Source of the DNA: a bacterium
GTDB lineage: Bacteria; JADJOY01
Direction: 5' to 3'
Length of the DNA: 43,332 nucleotides
NCBI GenBank assembly: GCA_046331705.1
Contig: JAXLQJ010000022.1
Location: 62,001 to 105,332, forward strand
Part shown: piece after piece, positions 27,615 to 37,285 of the stretch
Layout: each line of letters starts with the position of its first letter
How positions within the stretch are numbered: position 1 is the first letter of the stretch
Notes under the pieces: generated by a model
Told to the model about the DNA's origin: nothing
Seen by the model: only the letters and a program-made list of their open reading frames with translations
The model's database searches: none
Made by a program: the position numbers and the translations under genes

Positions 27615-28226
27615 ATGGCCCTGTCCGCCATCGCCATTGCCATCCTCGCCGCCGGTCGAGGGTCTCGGTTCGGCAGCGCGAAGCTCCTGGCGCCGCTTCG
27701 CGGAACGCCCATGCTCCTGCGTGCCGTGGAATCGGCGCGCGCCAGCGGCGCGTCGTCGGTGCTGGTGGTGGTCGACGCGCTGCAGGACGAGCTCTGGGGC
27801 GTGCTGCCCGCGGACGTGACGTTGGTGCTCAATCCCCGGGCCGCCGAAGGCATCGCCAGCAGCTTGCGCGCGGCGCTCGCGCACCTGAGCGCCAACCCGC
27901 AAGTCGGCGCGTGCTGCATCGGCCTCGGCGACCAGCCGCTGGTGGGCGCGGATGCGTACCGGCGGCTCGCCGCGGCGCATGCGGCGGGCGCGGCGCTCGC
28001 CGTCGCGACCTACGGCGGCGAGCGCCGTAATCCCGCGCTGCTCGGCCGCGAGCTGTGGCGGGCGGCGATGCAGCTCCGTGGAGACCAAGGCGCGCGGCAG
28101 CTCTTCGCGACCCAGCCGGTGATCGACGTCGCATGCGACGACACCGGCGACCCGTTCGACGTGGATACCCCTGCCGACCTGGCGGAGATCGAGAAGCGAT
28201 GCAGCTCGAAAACCAGTTTCGCGTGA
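27615..28226 (+). CDS. mocA: Molybdenum cofactor cytidylyltransferase-like nucleotidyltransferase
   Basis: ILAAGRGSRFG..KLL, GIASSL, LGDQP, RNPAL, GDQGAR, DVDTPADL. Confidence 0.85.
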   Translation: MALSAIAIAILAAGRGSRFGSAKLLAPLRGTPMLLRAVESARASGASSVLVVVDALQDELWGVLPADVTLVLNPRAAEGIASSLRAALAHLSANPQVGACCIGLGDQPLVGADAYRRLAAAHAAGAALAVATYGGERRNPALLGRELWRAAMQLRGDQGARQLFATQPVIDVACDDTGDPFDVDTPADLAEIEKRCSSKTSFA

Positions 28227-28936
28227 GTGTTCCGCCAGACGTCGCCTGGCGCTGGCTGCGTGACGTCGAGCGGCTCGCGCCGTGCCTGCCGGGCGCCCAA
28301 CTGCAGGAGATCGCCGGCGACGAGTACCGCGGCGTCGTGAAGGTGAAGGTCGGCCCGATCGTCGCGCACTACCAGGGCACGGCGCGTTTCGAATCCATCG
28401 ACGAAGCGAGCCGGGTGCTGGTGCTCGCGGCCCAGGCCCGCGAGCTCAAGGGCCAGGGCAGCGCCAAGGGCACCGCGCGCGTGACCCTCTCCGAGTCCGG
28501 CAGCGGCACCGAGGTGCGGGTCGAGACTCACGTGGACCTCACGGGCAAGGTGGCGCAGTTCGGGCGCGGCGTGATCGCCGACGTGTCGGCGAAGCTCATC
28601 GCGCAGTTCGTCGAGGCGCTGGAAGCGAAGCTCGCAGCGGAGGGCGCTGCCGTGCCGGCGGCGCCCGCAGCGACCGAGCGCGAGGCGTCGAAGCCGCCCG
28701 ACGGCGAAGTGGCAAGCGGTGTCAGCGCCGAGCCGAGCTCGCCCGAGGTGGCGAGCGAGATCGCCGCCTCCGCGCGAGCGGACGAGACGAATCTGCCGCC
28801 GGCACGGCGGATTCACGCTCGCGAGGCCGAACCGATCGATCTCGTGAGCCTCGGAGCCGACACCGCGCTCGGCCGCGGCGCGGTGCTCGTCGCGGTCGCG
28901 GTGGCCGCGATCGTGGTGCTGTGGGTGCTGTGGTGA
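28199..28936 (+). CDS. coxG: CoxG-like SRPBCC protein with C-terminal membrane anchor
   Basis: ATG 28199; LAPCLPGA, VKVKVGPI, LTGKVAQFGRGVI.DVS; Ala/Pro/Glu linker; terminal TM helix. Confidence 0.85.
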   Translation: MQLENQFRVSVPPDVAWRWLRDVERLAPCLPGAQLQEIAGDEYRGVVKVKVGPIVAHYQGTARFESIDEASRVLVLAAQARELKGQGSAKGTARVTLSESGSGTEVRVETHVDLTGKVAQFGRGVIADVSAKLIAQFVEALEAKLAAEGAAVPAAPAATEREASKPPDGEVASGVSAEPSSPEVASEIAASARADETNLPPARRIHAREAEPIDLVSLGADTALGRGAVLVAVAVAAIVVLWVLW

Positions 28937-29715
28937 CGCTCGCCGTCGTCACCGGCGCGGCGCGCGGCATCGGCGCTGCCATCGCTCGTGGCGCGCGGGC
29001 GGCGGGCTACCGGGTGGCACTTCTCGACGTGGACATCGAGCGCGCCGCCGCGCTCGCGGTCGAGCTCGAGGACGCGGTCGCGCTCGCCGCCGATACCCGG
29101 GACGAAGCCTCGCTGGAGGCCGCCCTCGACGCGCTCGGCGAGGCGCCCGATCTGCTGGTGGCGAACGCCGGCATCGTGCGCTTCGGTCCGCTCCTCGAGC
29201 TGGACGCGGCCGCGTGGCGCGCGGTGGTCGACGTGAACCTGACGGGAACCTTCCTGTCGGCGCGCGCGGCCGCTCGGCGCATGATCGCCGCAGGCAAGCG
29301 CGGGGCGATCGTCGCGATCACGTCGATGAACGGTGTGTTGCCGGGTCCGAATGCCGGCGCTTACGGCTCGACCAAGGCGGCGATCGCGCTCTTCGTCCAG
29401 CAGGCGGCGCTCGAATGGGCGCCGTTCGGCATCCGCGTCAACGCGGTGGCCCCGGGGATGATCGACGGCGGGATGTCCGCGCCGATCTTCGCCGATGCGG
29501 ATTTTCGCCGGCTGCGAACCGCGAAGGTCCCGCTGGGCCGGCTCGGCAGCGAGGACGACGTCGCGCGCGCCGTGCTCTGGCTCGGCTCCGCCGACGCGTC
29601 GTACGTCACCGGCCAGAACCTCGTCGTCGATGGCGGCGTCTCGATGAGCCTGATCGCAAACCTGCCGCGTCCGGCGGCGGTGGATTCCGTGGGCCGGAAA
29701 GAGGAGGGGACGTGA
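28933..29715 (+). CDS. SDR family oxidoreductase
   Basis: GTGA overlap; VTGAARGIG, NAG, YGSTK, VNAVAPG. Confidence 0.92.
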   Translation: MTLAVVTGAARGIGAAIARGARAAGYRVALLDVDIERAAALAVELEDAVALAADTRDEASLEAALDALGEAPDLLVANAGIVRFGPLLELDAAAWRAVVDVNLTGTFLSARAAARRMIAAGKRGAIVAITSMNGVLPGPNAGAYGSTKAAIALFVQQAALEWAPFGIRVNAVAPGMIDGGMSAPIFADADFRRLRTAKVPLGRLGSEDDVARAVLWLGSADASYVTGQNLVVDGGVSMSLIANLPRPAAVDSVGRKEEGT

Positions 29716-30476
29716 AACCCATCGAGGGAATGTCGGTGATCGTGACCGGCGGCGGCTCCGGCATCGGTGCGGGCACCGCGCTCTACTTCGCGAGCCGCGG
29801 CGCGCGCGTGACGATCTGCGGGCGACGTGTTCCGAGGATCGAGTCGGTGGCGGCCGAGATCGGCTCGTTCTGCCAAGCGGTGCCGGCCGACGTGACCGTG
29901 GCCACCGACCGCCAGCGGCTGGTCGATGCGGCGCTCGATTTCGGCGGCGGCAAGCTGGACGTGCTGGTCTCGAACGCCGGCAACATGTACCGCGGTCCGA
30001 TCGAGGAGCTCGACGAGACGAAGCTCCTCGACGTGTTCCACACCAACGTGGTGTCCGGGATGATGCTTTCGGGCCTGTGCGTGCCGCATCTGGCGAAGAC
30101 CCACGGCGCGATCGTCTTCATCGGCTCGGTGCACACCCAGCGGGCGTTTCCCGGCGCCGCGCCGTACGCCGCCACCAAGGGCGCGATCGAGGCGCTGACA
30201 CGGGTGCTGGCCGCGGAGCTGGGACGCAAGAAGATCCGCGTCAACTGCGTGCGTCCCGGCGCCGTCTTCACCGAGATCAATCAGCGCGCCGGGCTGGCGG
30301 ACGACCGCGGCGCGCTCGAGCGCCTGCACAGCCTGGCCCCCGAGCACGCGCTGGGACGCATCGGCACCGCCGAGGAGATCGCGGAGGCGATCGCGCACCT
30401 GGCGTGCGCCGAATGGACCACGGGCAGCATCGTGTCCGTCGACGGCGGACTCGGCCTCGGAGTCACTCACGCATGA
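29712..30476 (+). CDS. SDR family oxidoreductase
   Basis: GAGGAGG RBS, GTGA overlap; VTGGGSGIG, NAG, YAATK. Confidence 0.92.
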   Translation: MKPIEGMSVIVTGGGSGIGAGTALYFASRGARVTICGRRVPRIESVAAEIGSFCQAVPADVTVATDRQRLVDAALDFGGGKLDVLVSNAGNMYRGPIEELDETKLLDVFHTNVVSGMMLSGLCVPHLAKTHGAIVFIGSVHTQRAFPGAAPYAATKGAIEALTRVLAAELGRKKIRVNCVRPGAVFTEINQRAGLADDRGALERLHSLAPEHALGRIGTAEEIAEAIAHLACAEWTTGSIVSVDGGLGLGVTHA

Positions 30477-31729
30477 GCAACGAGCGTCCCGCCGCCACCG
30501 GTCGGACGATCACCCTCGATCGCTACGCCGACTGCCTCGACGCGTACCGCTCCACCGCGTTGCGTCAGGCGCTCTACGACGAGGGTGAGGTCATCATGGC
30601 GGACGTGCTGGTGAACCTGCACGGCGAGCCACACCGGTCGCGCCGGCGGCTCGAGAACCGGCTCTTCCGGCGCGCCACCTACTATCACTACGAGGACGAG
30701 GTCTTTCCCCAGATCGTCGAGGAGACGATGGCGCCGCTGGTGGCCGCCGGGCGCGCGGACCTCGTGCACCTCGGGCACGCGCTGCTGCTCAACCTCTCGG
30801 CGCCCGCCGCGGGGGTGGACCGGATCGCGGGAACGCCCGAGGAGACCGCCCACCTCCTCCGCTTGCTCATGACTTTCATCGAGGGCGCGACACTCGCCCA
30901 CTCGACGCGCGACAAGAACGAGGTCAGGCGCGAGGTGCTGGTGGCGCTCGACGAGTTCGACGCCACGTTCTTCGCGCCTGCGCTGGAACGCCGCCGCGCG
31001 CTGCTCGCGCGCCTGGCCGCGGGGGAGGTCGGCGAGGACGACCTGCCGCGCGACATCCTCACCGTGCTGCTGCGCAACCAGGACGACCTCGAGCTACCGC
31101 GCGAAGTGGTGCGGCGCGAAGTGGCGTTCTTCCTGCTGGCGGGCGCGCACACCTCGGCCACCGCCACCACCCGCACCACCCACGCGATCTTCGAATGGAT
31201 CGCGCGCCATCCGGAGGATCGCCGCCGCGCGCGATCGGACCTCGGCTTCGTGCAGCGCTGCGTCCACGAGACCGTGCGGCTCAACCCCTCGAGCCCGATC
31301 GGCTTGCGCTGGGCGCTCGAGGACGTGCGCCTCGCGAGCGGCGTCGAGATCCACGCCGGGGACCGAGTGGTGTTCGACCTGATGAGCGCGAATCGCGACG
31401 AGCGCGTGTTCGGCCCCAGCGCCGCGGACTTCGATCCGTTCCGCTCGCTGCCCCAGGACGTAGCGCTCTACGGGCTCTCGTTCGGCAGCGGCACGCACTC
31501 GTGCATCGGTCGCGATCTCGCCGCCGGCGTCCTCGAGGACACGGTGCCGGGCGAGAAGCACCTCCACGGCCTCGTCGCCATCGCGGTCCACGGCGTGCTC
31601 GCCCGCGGCGCGCGTCCCGATCCCCACCAGGCTCCCACGATGGACCCGCACACCAGGCGACCGTATTGGGGCACGTATCCGATCCTGCTCGGCGATGCAT
31701 CCGACGACGCGGGTGGAGGCGCGTCGTGA
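30473..31729 (+). CDS. Cytochrome P450, atypical (copy A)
   Basis: ATGA overlap; HGEPHRSRRR, I-helix LAGAHTS, ETVR (ExxR), ANRD..VF, heme motif FGSGTHSCIG. Confidence 0.88.
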   Translation: MSNERPAATGRTITLDRYADCLDAYRSTALRQALYDEGEVIMADVLVNLHGEPHRSRRRLENRLFRRATYYHYEDEVFPQIVEETMAPLVAAGRADLVHLGHALLLNLSAPAAGVDRIAGTPEETAHLLRLLMTFIEGATLAHSTRDKNEVRREVLVALDEFDATFFAPALERRRALLARLAAGEVGEDDLPRDILTVLLRNQDDLELPREVVRREVAFFLLAGAHTSATATTRTTHAIFEWIARHPEDRRRARSDLGFVQRCVHETVRLNPSSPIGLRWALEDVRLASGVEIHAGDRVVFDLMSANRDERVFGPSAADFDPFRSLPQDVALYGLSFGSGTHSCIGRDLAAGVLEDTVPGEKHLHGLVAIAVHGVLARGARPDPHQAPTMDPHTRRPYWGTYPILLGDASDDAGGGAS

Positions 31730-33087
31730 GCCGCGTGACGTTGCTCGCCAATGGCGTGGTGATCGACGGCAGCGGAGCGCCCGTGCGCCCGCGCACCTCG
31801 GTGCTGATCGAGGGCGAGCGGATCACGACCGTCGGTGCCGATGCCGAGCACGCCGCGGCAGCGCTCGCTGCCAGCGGACACGCCGTGGAGCGGATCGACG
31901 TCACCGGCCTCACGGTGATGCCCGGGCTCATCGACGCCCACTGCCACATCACCTTCGCCGAGCCTGCCTCGAACGACGAGCTTTTCTTCCACCGTCGCGA
32001 GGGGTTGTCGGCGATCCTCGCGGCGTGGAACGTCGGCAAGCTGCTGCGCGCCGGCGTCACCGGTTTTCTCGACGCCGACTGCATCTTCGACCTCGGCCCC
32101 GACCTGCGCGACGCCATCGAGAGCGGCGTCGTCGAGGGACCGCGGATGTCGACCGGCGGCAACGCGCTGCTCACCTCGGTGGGCGGCACCGCCGGCTTGC
32201 TGATCCCCGAGGAAGGGCGGCGCGGCTACGCGAAGGTGGTGCGAACGCGCGACGAGATGGTCGTGGAGGTGCGTCGACAGATCAAGTACGGCGTGGACTG
32301 GATCAAGGTGCACGCCACTGGGCTCATCCCACGCCAGCGCGGGCGCGGCGAGATCCAGGTGTGGACCTACGACGAGATGAAGGTGGTGTGCGACACCGCC
32401 CACGATCTCGGCATCCCGGTGGTCGCCCACTGCCGCAACGCCACCAGCACCCGTGACGCGGCGCGCGCGGGCGTGGACCTCGTGCTGCACGCCACCTTCA
32501 TGGACGACGAGGCGCTCGACGCGGTGGTGCGCTCGGGTGCGGCGATCGCGCCGACCCTCACGTTCCAGGCGAATCTCGCCGACTTCGGCGCCAAGGTCGG
32601 CGCCGACCCGTTCGTGATCGAGCTGTTCCGCCGCGAGATCGCCGAGTCGAGCGTGATGCTGCGCAAGGCATACGACGCCGGCGTGCCCTTCCTCACCGGC
32701 TCCGAGGCCGGCTTCTCGCTCACGCCCTACGGCCACTGGCACGCCCGCGAGGTCGAGGTGTTCGTGAGACACCTCGGGATGACGCCGCTCGAAGCGATCA
32801 CCTGCGCCACCCGCAACGGAGCCCGCGCGCTCAAGCTCGAAGGTCGGGTCGGCACGATCGCCGCCGGGTGTCTCGCGGACGTGATCGTGATCGCCGGCGA
32901 CCCCCTCGCCGACGTGCGCATCCTCGGCGAGCGCCGCCGCCTGCGCCACGTCTTCGCCGGCGGTCGCCCGGTCGACCTCGCGCGACCGTGGCCGGAGCGC
33001 CGCCGCGTCGCCGGCGAGCGCGTGGTCCTCTACTCGCACGAGTTGCTCACCTGGGAGCGTGCGTACGGAGACGAGCGATCACCATGA
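31726..33087 (+). CDS. Amidohydrolase_1 family metal-dependent hydrolase (Xaa-Pro dipeptidase-like)
   Basis: GTGA overlap; PGLIDAHCH, GVDWIK, VAHC, VLHA, GSEAG, GMTPLEAI..AT.NGA. Confidence 0.88.
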   Translation: MSRVTLLANGVVIDGSGAPVRPRTSVLIEGERITTVGADAEHAAAALAASGHAVERIDVTGLTVMPGLIDAHCHITFAEPASNDELFFHRREGLSAILAAWNVGKLLRAGVTGFLDADCIFDLGPDLRDAIESGVVEGPRMSTGGNALLTSVGGTAGLLIPEEGRRGYAKVVRTRDEMVVEVRRQIKYGVDWIKVHATGLIPRQRGRGEIQVWTYDEMKVVCDTAHDLGIPVVAHCRNATSTRDAARAGVDLVLHATFMDDEALDAVVRSGAAIAPTLTFQANLADFGAKVGADPFVIELFRREIAESSVMLRKAYDAGVPFLTGSEAGFSLTPYGHWHAREVEVFVRHLGMTPLEAITCATRNGARALKLEGRVGTIAAGCLADVIVIAGDPLADVRILGERRRLRHVFAGGRPVDLARPWPERRRVAGERVVLYSHELLTWERAYGDERSP

Positions 33088-34292
33088 GCACGCTGACCCT
33101 CACGCGGTTCGACGACGTCGCGCGCGCCTTTCGCCATCCCGACCTCGCCCAATCGCTCTACGACGAGGGCGCGGTGGTGATGGCGGACGTGCTGCTCAAC
33201 CTCCACGGCGAGGCGCACCGCGCGCGCCGCCGGCTGGAGAATCGGCTCTTCCGCCGCGACGTGTTCCGCTACTACGAGCGGGAGGTGATCCCGGCGCTCG
33301 CCACCCGGACGATGGCGCCCTTCGTGGCCGCGGGCCGCGCGGACCTGGTGGCGCTCGGCTATCGCATCACCATGAACCTCACCGCGGATTTCGCCGGGCT
33401 CGATCGCGTCGAGCAGACACCCGAGGAGACCGAGGCGCTGCTCGCGCTGGTGATGACGTTCAGCGAGGGCGCGACGCTGGTCCACTCGACCCGCGACAAG
33501 GACGAGGTGCGAGCCGAGGTGCGCGAGGCGATGCGGCGGCTCGACGAGCGGTTCCTGGTGCGCTCGGTCGCACGCCGCCGCGCGCTCCTCGCCGAGGTCG
33601 CGGCGGGGCGCTTGCCCGAGAGCGAGCTGCCCCGCGACGTCCTCACCGTGCTGCTCCGCAACGACGACAAGCTCGCGCTCGGCGAGGACGTGATTCGCCG
33701 CGAGGTCGCCTTCTACCTGCAAGCCGGCTCCCATTCGACCGCGAACTCGATGACGCACGCCCTCCACGACATCTTCACGTGGTGCGCAGCGCACCGCGAG
33801 GGCTGGAGCCGGATCGACCGCGAGCCTTTCTTCCTGCAGCGCTGCGTCCACGAGAGCATGCGGCTTCATCCGGCGAGCCCGGTGGCGTGGCGGCGCGCCG
33901 TGTGCCCGGCGCACGCGCCGAGCGGGGCGGCTCTCGCGCCGGACGATCGCGTCGTCCTCGACCTCCTGGCGGCGAACCAGGACCCCGAGGTGTTCGGCGC
34001 CGACGCAGCGACCTTCAACCCCGATCGTGTCCTGGCCGAGGACGTCCCGCCCTTCGGCCTCACCTTCGGCACCGGCGTTCACGCGTGCATCGGTCAGGAT
34101 CTCGACGCCGGGCTCGCGCCGCGCGCAGACACCGATGCCGCCGAGCACCTCTACGGCAGCGTTCCGGTGCTGGTGAAGATGCTTCTCGACGCTGGCGCGC
34201 GGCCCGATCCCGCGAACCCGCCCGTGGCGGACACCCGGACCGCGCGTGCCAACTGGGGTGTCTACCCGGTGCTGTTCCGCGGGCCCGGGTGA
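33084..34292 (+). CDS. Cytochrome P450, atypical (copy B)
   Basis: ATGA overlap; paralog of copy A; I-helix QAGSHST, ESMR, FGTGVHACIG. Confidence 0.88.
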   Translation: MSTLTLTRFDDVARAFRHPDLAQSLYDEGAVVMADVLLNLHGEAHRARRRLENRLFRRDVFRYYEREVIPALATRTMAPFVAAGRADLVALGYRITMNLTADFAGLDRVEQTPEETEALLALVMTFSEGATLVHSTRDKDEVRAEVREAMRRLDERFLVRSVARRRALLAEVAAGRLPESELPRDVLTVLLRNDDKLALGEDVIRREVAFYLQAGSHSTANSMTHALHDIFTWCAAHREGWSRIDREPFFLQRCVHESMRLHPASPVAWRRAVCPAHAPSGAALAPDDRVVLDLLAANQDPEVFGADAATFNPDRVLAEDVPPFGLTFGTGVHACIGQDLDAGLAPRADTDAAEHLYGSVPVLVKMLLDAGARPDPANPPVADTRTARANWGVYPVLFRGPG

Positions 34293-35002
34293 TGAGCGGA
34301 GTCGCCCACGCCGGACCAACGTCCGCGCCGGTCGAGAACCTGCTGCTCACGGGCGGCTTTTCGCATCCGTTTCACGAAACCACGCCGGCCCTCACCGCGA
34401 TCCTCGGCGCGGCCGGCGTGCGCTCACACGTCCACGAAGACATCGAAGCCGGCATCGCGGCACTCGCGTCCGGCCGCTACCCGATGCTCACGGTCAACGT
34501 GTTGCGCTGGCGCATGGCGGCCGAGCGCTACGCGTCTCATCGCGACCGCTGGGCGTTCTCGCTCTCGGCGACCGCGCGCGGCGCGCTTCGCGAGTTCGTG
34601 GCGAGCGGCGGCGCGCTGCTCGCGGTCCACACCGCCGCCATCTGCTTCGACGATTGGCCCGCATGGCGCGAGATCGTCGGCGGCGCATGGAACTGGGAGC
34701 GATCCAGCCATCCGCCGCTCGCCGCGATGACGGTCCGCATTCGCGGCGGCGAGCATCCCATCGTCGCCGGCCTCGCCGACTTCGAGCTCGTCGACGAATG
34801 CTACGGCTTCCTCGACCTCGAGCCCGACGTCGTGCCGCTCGTGAGCTCGGCGCACGGCGGAACGGATCATCCGCTGCTCTGGGCGCGAAGCTACGGTCGC
34901 GGCCGCGTCGTCTACGACGCCCTCGGCCACGATCGGCGGTCCTACGCCCACCCCACTCACGCCGAGATCCTCGCGCGCGCCGCGCGCTGGCTCGTTCCCT
35001 GA
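34292..35002 (+). CDS. ThuA-like (class I GATase-like fold) protein
   Basis: TGATG overlap; LTGGFSHPF, FVASGGALLAVH, HPIVAGL..F...DECY, W...YGRGRVVYDALGHD. Confidence 0.85.
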   Translation: MSGVAHAGPTSAPVENLLLTGGFSHPFHETTPALTAILGAAGVRSHVHEDIEAGIAALASGRYPMLTVNVLRWRMAAERYASHRDRWAFSLSATARGALREFVASGGALLAVHTAAICFDDWPAWREIVGGAWNWERSSHPPLAAMTVRIRGGEHPIVAGLADFELVDECYGFLDLEPDVVPLVSSAHGGTDHPLLWARSYGRGRVVYDALGHDRRSYAHPTHAEILARAARWLVP

Positions 35003-35038
35003 TGCGGTAAGGTCGCGCGCACAGGCGGAGGGAGAGCG

Positions 35039-35785
35039 ATGGATCTCGGGATCGCGGGGAAGCGGGCGGCCGTGGCCGCCGGATCGGCGGGGCTGGGGTT
35101 CGCGACGGCCGAGGCGCTCGCGCGCGAGGGAGCGCGAGTCGCGATCTGCGGCCGCGACCGCGCGCGGGTCGAGGACGCCGCGGCGCGCCTCGGTGGCGGC
35201 GCGATCGCGCTGACCATCGACGTGTCCGATCCCACGAACGCCGCGCGCTTCGTGAGCGAGGCCGGCGCGGCGCTGGGCGGCGTCGACATCCTCGTCACCA
35301 ACGCCGGCGGCCCACCGCCGGGAGATTTCGCGGGCACGCCGTTCGAGCGTTACCCGGACGCCCTGGCGCTCAACCTCCTGTCGGTGGTGGCGATGTGCAA
35401 GGAAGCCGTGCCGGCGATGCAGGCGCGGCGCTGGGGGCGGGTGCTGGCGATCACCTCGATCGCGGTGCGTCAGCCCATCGCCAATCTCATCCTCTCGAAC
35501 ACCGCGCGCGCCGGTGCCACGGGCTTCTTGAAGACGCTCGCGCGCGAGGTCGCCAAGGACGGCGTCACCGTCAACTCGCTCCAGCCGGGGCTCCACGCGA
35601 CCTCGCGCGTGACGCAGCTGCACGGCGACGATCTCTCGGCGCTCGCTGCCACGATTCCCGCGGGTTTCGTGGGCGCGCCTGGCGATTTCGGGCGGGTGGC
35701 GGCGTTCCTGTGCTCGGAGCACGCGCGCTTCGTCACCGGCGCCGCCATCCCCGTGGATGGTGGCGCCTACGCGGGCCTGTTGTGA
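35039..35785 (+). CDS. SDR family oxidoreductase (atypical, SNxxR in place of YxxxK)
   Basis: MDLGIAGKRA, AAGSAGLG, NAGGPPPG, LSNTARAG, VDGG. Confidence 0.9.
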   Translation: MDLGIAGKRAAVAAGSAGLGFATAEALAREGARVAICGRDRARVEDAAARLGGGAIALTIDVSDPTNAARFVSEAGAALGGVDILVTNAGGPPPGDFAGTPFERYPDALALNLLSVVAMCKEAVPAMQARRWGRVLAITSIAVRQPIANLILSNTARAGATGFLKTLAREVAKDGVTVNSLQPGLHATSRVTQLHGDDLSALAATIPAGFVGAPGDFGRVAAFLCSEHARFVTGAAIPVDGGAYAGLL

Positions 35786-37281
35786 GCCGACCCGCGCAAC
35801 TCGCTCGCGGGGTCGCCGTCGTCGCCATCGCCATCGGGTGCGCCGTGGCGAGCACGAGCTCGGCGACCGCGTATTCCGGCTCGTACGCGATCACTCACGC
35901 ACGGCTCGTCGATGGCACCGGCGGGCCGCCCGCCGAGGACGTCACGATCTGGATCGACGGCGACCGCATCGCCCGCATCGGACGCGACCTCGACTCCGTT
36001 GGCCGCGAGGTCCTCGACGCCTCGGGCCTCACGGTGCTGCCCGGGCTCATCGACTCGCACGTGCACCTCGACTCGGTGCCGGGCTCGATGGTTCGCCACG
36101 ACGCCCGTGACGTGTACGAGCGTCTGCGGCGCACCGAGCTGCCCGCGTACGTCGCGGCGGGGGTGACCACCGTCGTCGATGCCGCGGCACCCAAGGACTT
36201 CCTGGCGTGGGCGCGCGAGCAAGTGGCCGCCACGGGCGCCGGTCCGGACATCCTGATGCTGGCACCGTTCCTCACGCCAAAGGGCGGTTATTTCGGCGAC
36301 GAGAAGCTCCGTGGCGCGAGCTTCGACGCGCTCTGGGAGCCGGTGGACGGGCCGGAGCGACTCGTGAGTCACCTCGACGCCGCGCGCGGGGTGCCCGGCG
36401 TGGTGGGCGTGAAGGTGACGATGGAGAAGGGCTTCGGCCCCTTCGACGTGTGGCCGGTCTTCGATGCGCAGATGCGCGCGCGCATCCGCGCCGAGGCCGC
36501 CGCCCGCGGGATGCCCCTCTTCGTCCACAGCATGTCGGACCCCGAGCACCAGCTCGCGCTCGACCTGGCGCCCAAGGTGCTCGTCCACGCCGGCTACCAA
36601 GACGACCAGCCGTCGCCCGAGACCCTCACACGCATGCGCGACGAGCGCGTGACGGTGGTGAGCACGCTCTCGGTCACCGACACGTTCTTGATGAGCCACG
36701 AGCCGAGCCGACTCGACGATCCGTTGCTCAGGCTCGTCACGCCGCCGATCGAGGTGGAGACCGCGCGCGATCCCGCGTCGTGGGACGCCCTCGCGACCGG
36801 CACCACCGAGATCAGCATGCCGAGCTGGGTCCCGCGCTTCGTGGCGCCGCTGGCCACCGGCTATTTCCTGAGCGAGCGGATGCTGCGCAAGCGTGTCGCG
36901 CTCGCCGAGCAGGGCGTGCGCGCGCTTCACGATTCCGGCATCGCGGTGATCGTGGGCACGGACTCGGGATGCTGGCCGCTCTTCTCGAGCCTGTTCCACG
37001 GCTTCACGACCATCCGTGAGGTCGAGCTCCTGGTCGAGGCCGGCCTGACGCCGATGCAAGCGATCCAGGCCGCGACCTCGGTGCCCGCTCGTGTCCTCGG
37101 CATCGACGACGAGGTCGGCACGGTGACGGCGGGCAAGCGAGCGAACCTCGTGCTCGTGAAGGGCGATCCGTCGACCTCGATCTCCGCGCTGCGCGGCGTG
37201 AGCTGGTCGATCAAGTCCGGCGTCGCTCACACGCCCGAGGAATGGATGGCGACCGCCGCGGCCGCCGCCGAGACGAGGTGA
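35782..37281 (+). CDS. Secreted amidohydrolase family protein
   Basis: GTGA overlap; signal peptide; PGLIDSHVH, GVTTV, FVHS, LVHA, GTDSG, GLTPMQAIQAAT. Confidence 0.87.
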   Translation: MSRPAQLARGVAVVAIAIGCAVASTSSATAYSGSYAITHARLVDGTGGPPAEDVTIWIDGDRIARIGRDLDSVGREVLDASGLTVLPGLIDSHVHLDSVPGSMVRHDARDVYERLRRTELPAYVAAGVTTVVDAAAPKDFLAWAREQVAATGAGPDILMLAPFLTPKGGYFGDEKLRGASFDALWEPVDGPERLVSHLDAARGVPGVVGVKVTMEKGFGPFDVWPVFDAQMRARIRAEAAARGMPLFVHSMSDPEHQLALDLAPKVLVHAGYQDDQPSPETLTRMRDERVTVVSTLSVTDTFLMSHEPSRLDDPLLRLVTPPIEVETARDPASWDALATGTTEISMPSWVPRFVAPLATGYFLSERMLRKRVALAEQGVRALHDSGIAVIVGTDSGCWPLFSSLFHGFTTIREVELLVEAGLTPMQAIQAATSVPARVLGIDDEVGTVTAGKRANLVLVKGDPSTSISALRGVSWSIKSGVAHTPEEWMATAAAAAETR

Positions 37282-37285
37282 GCCG

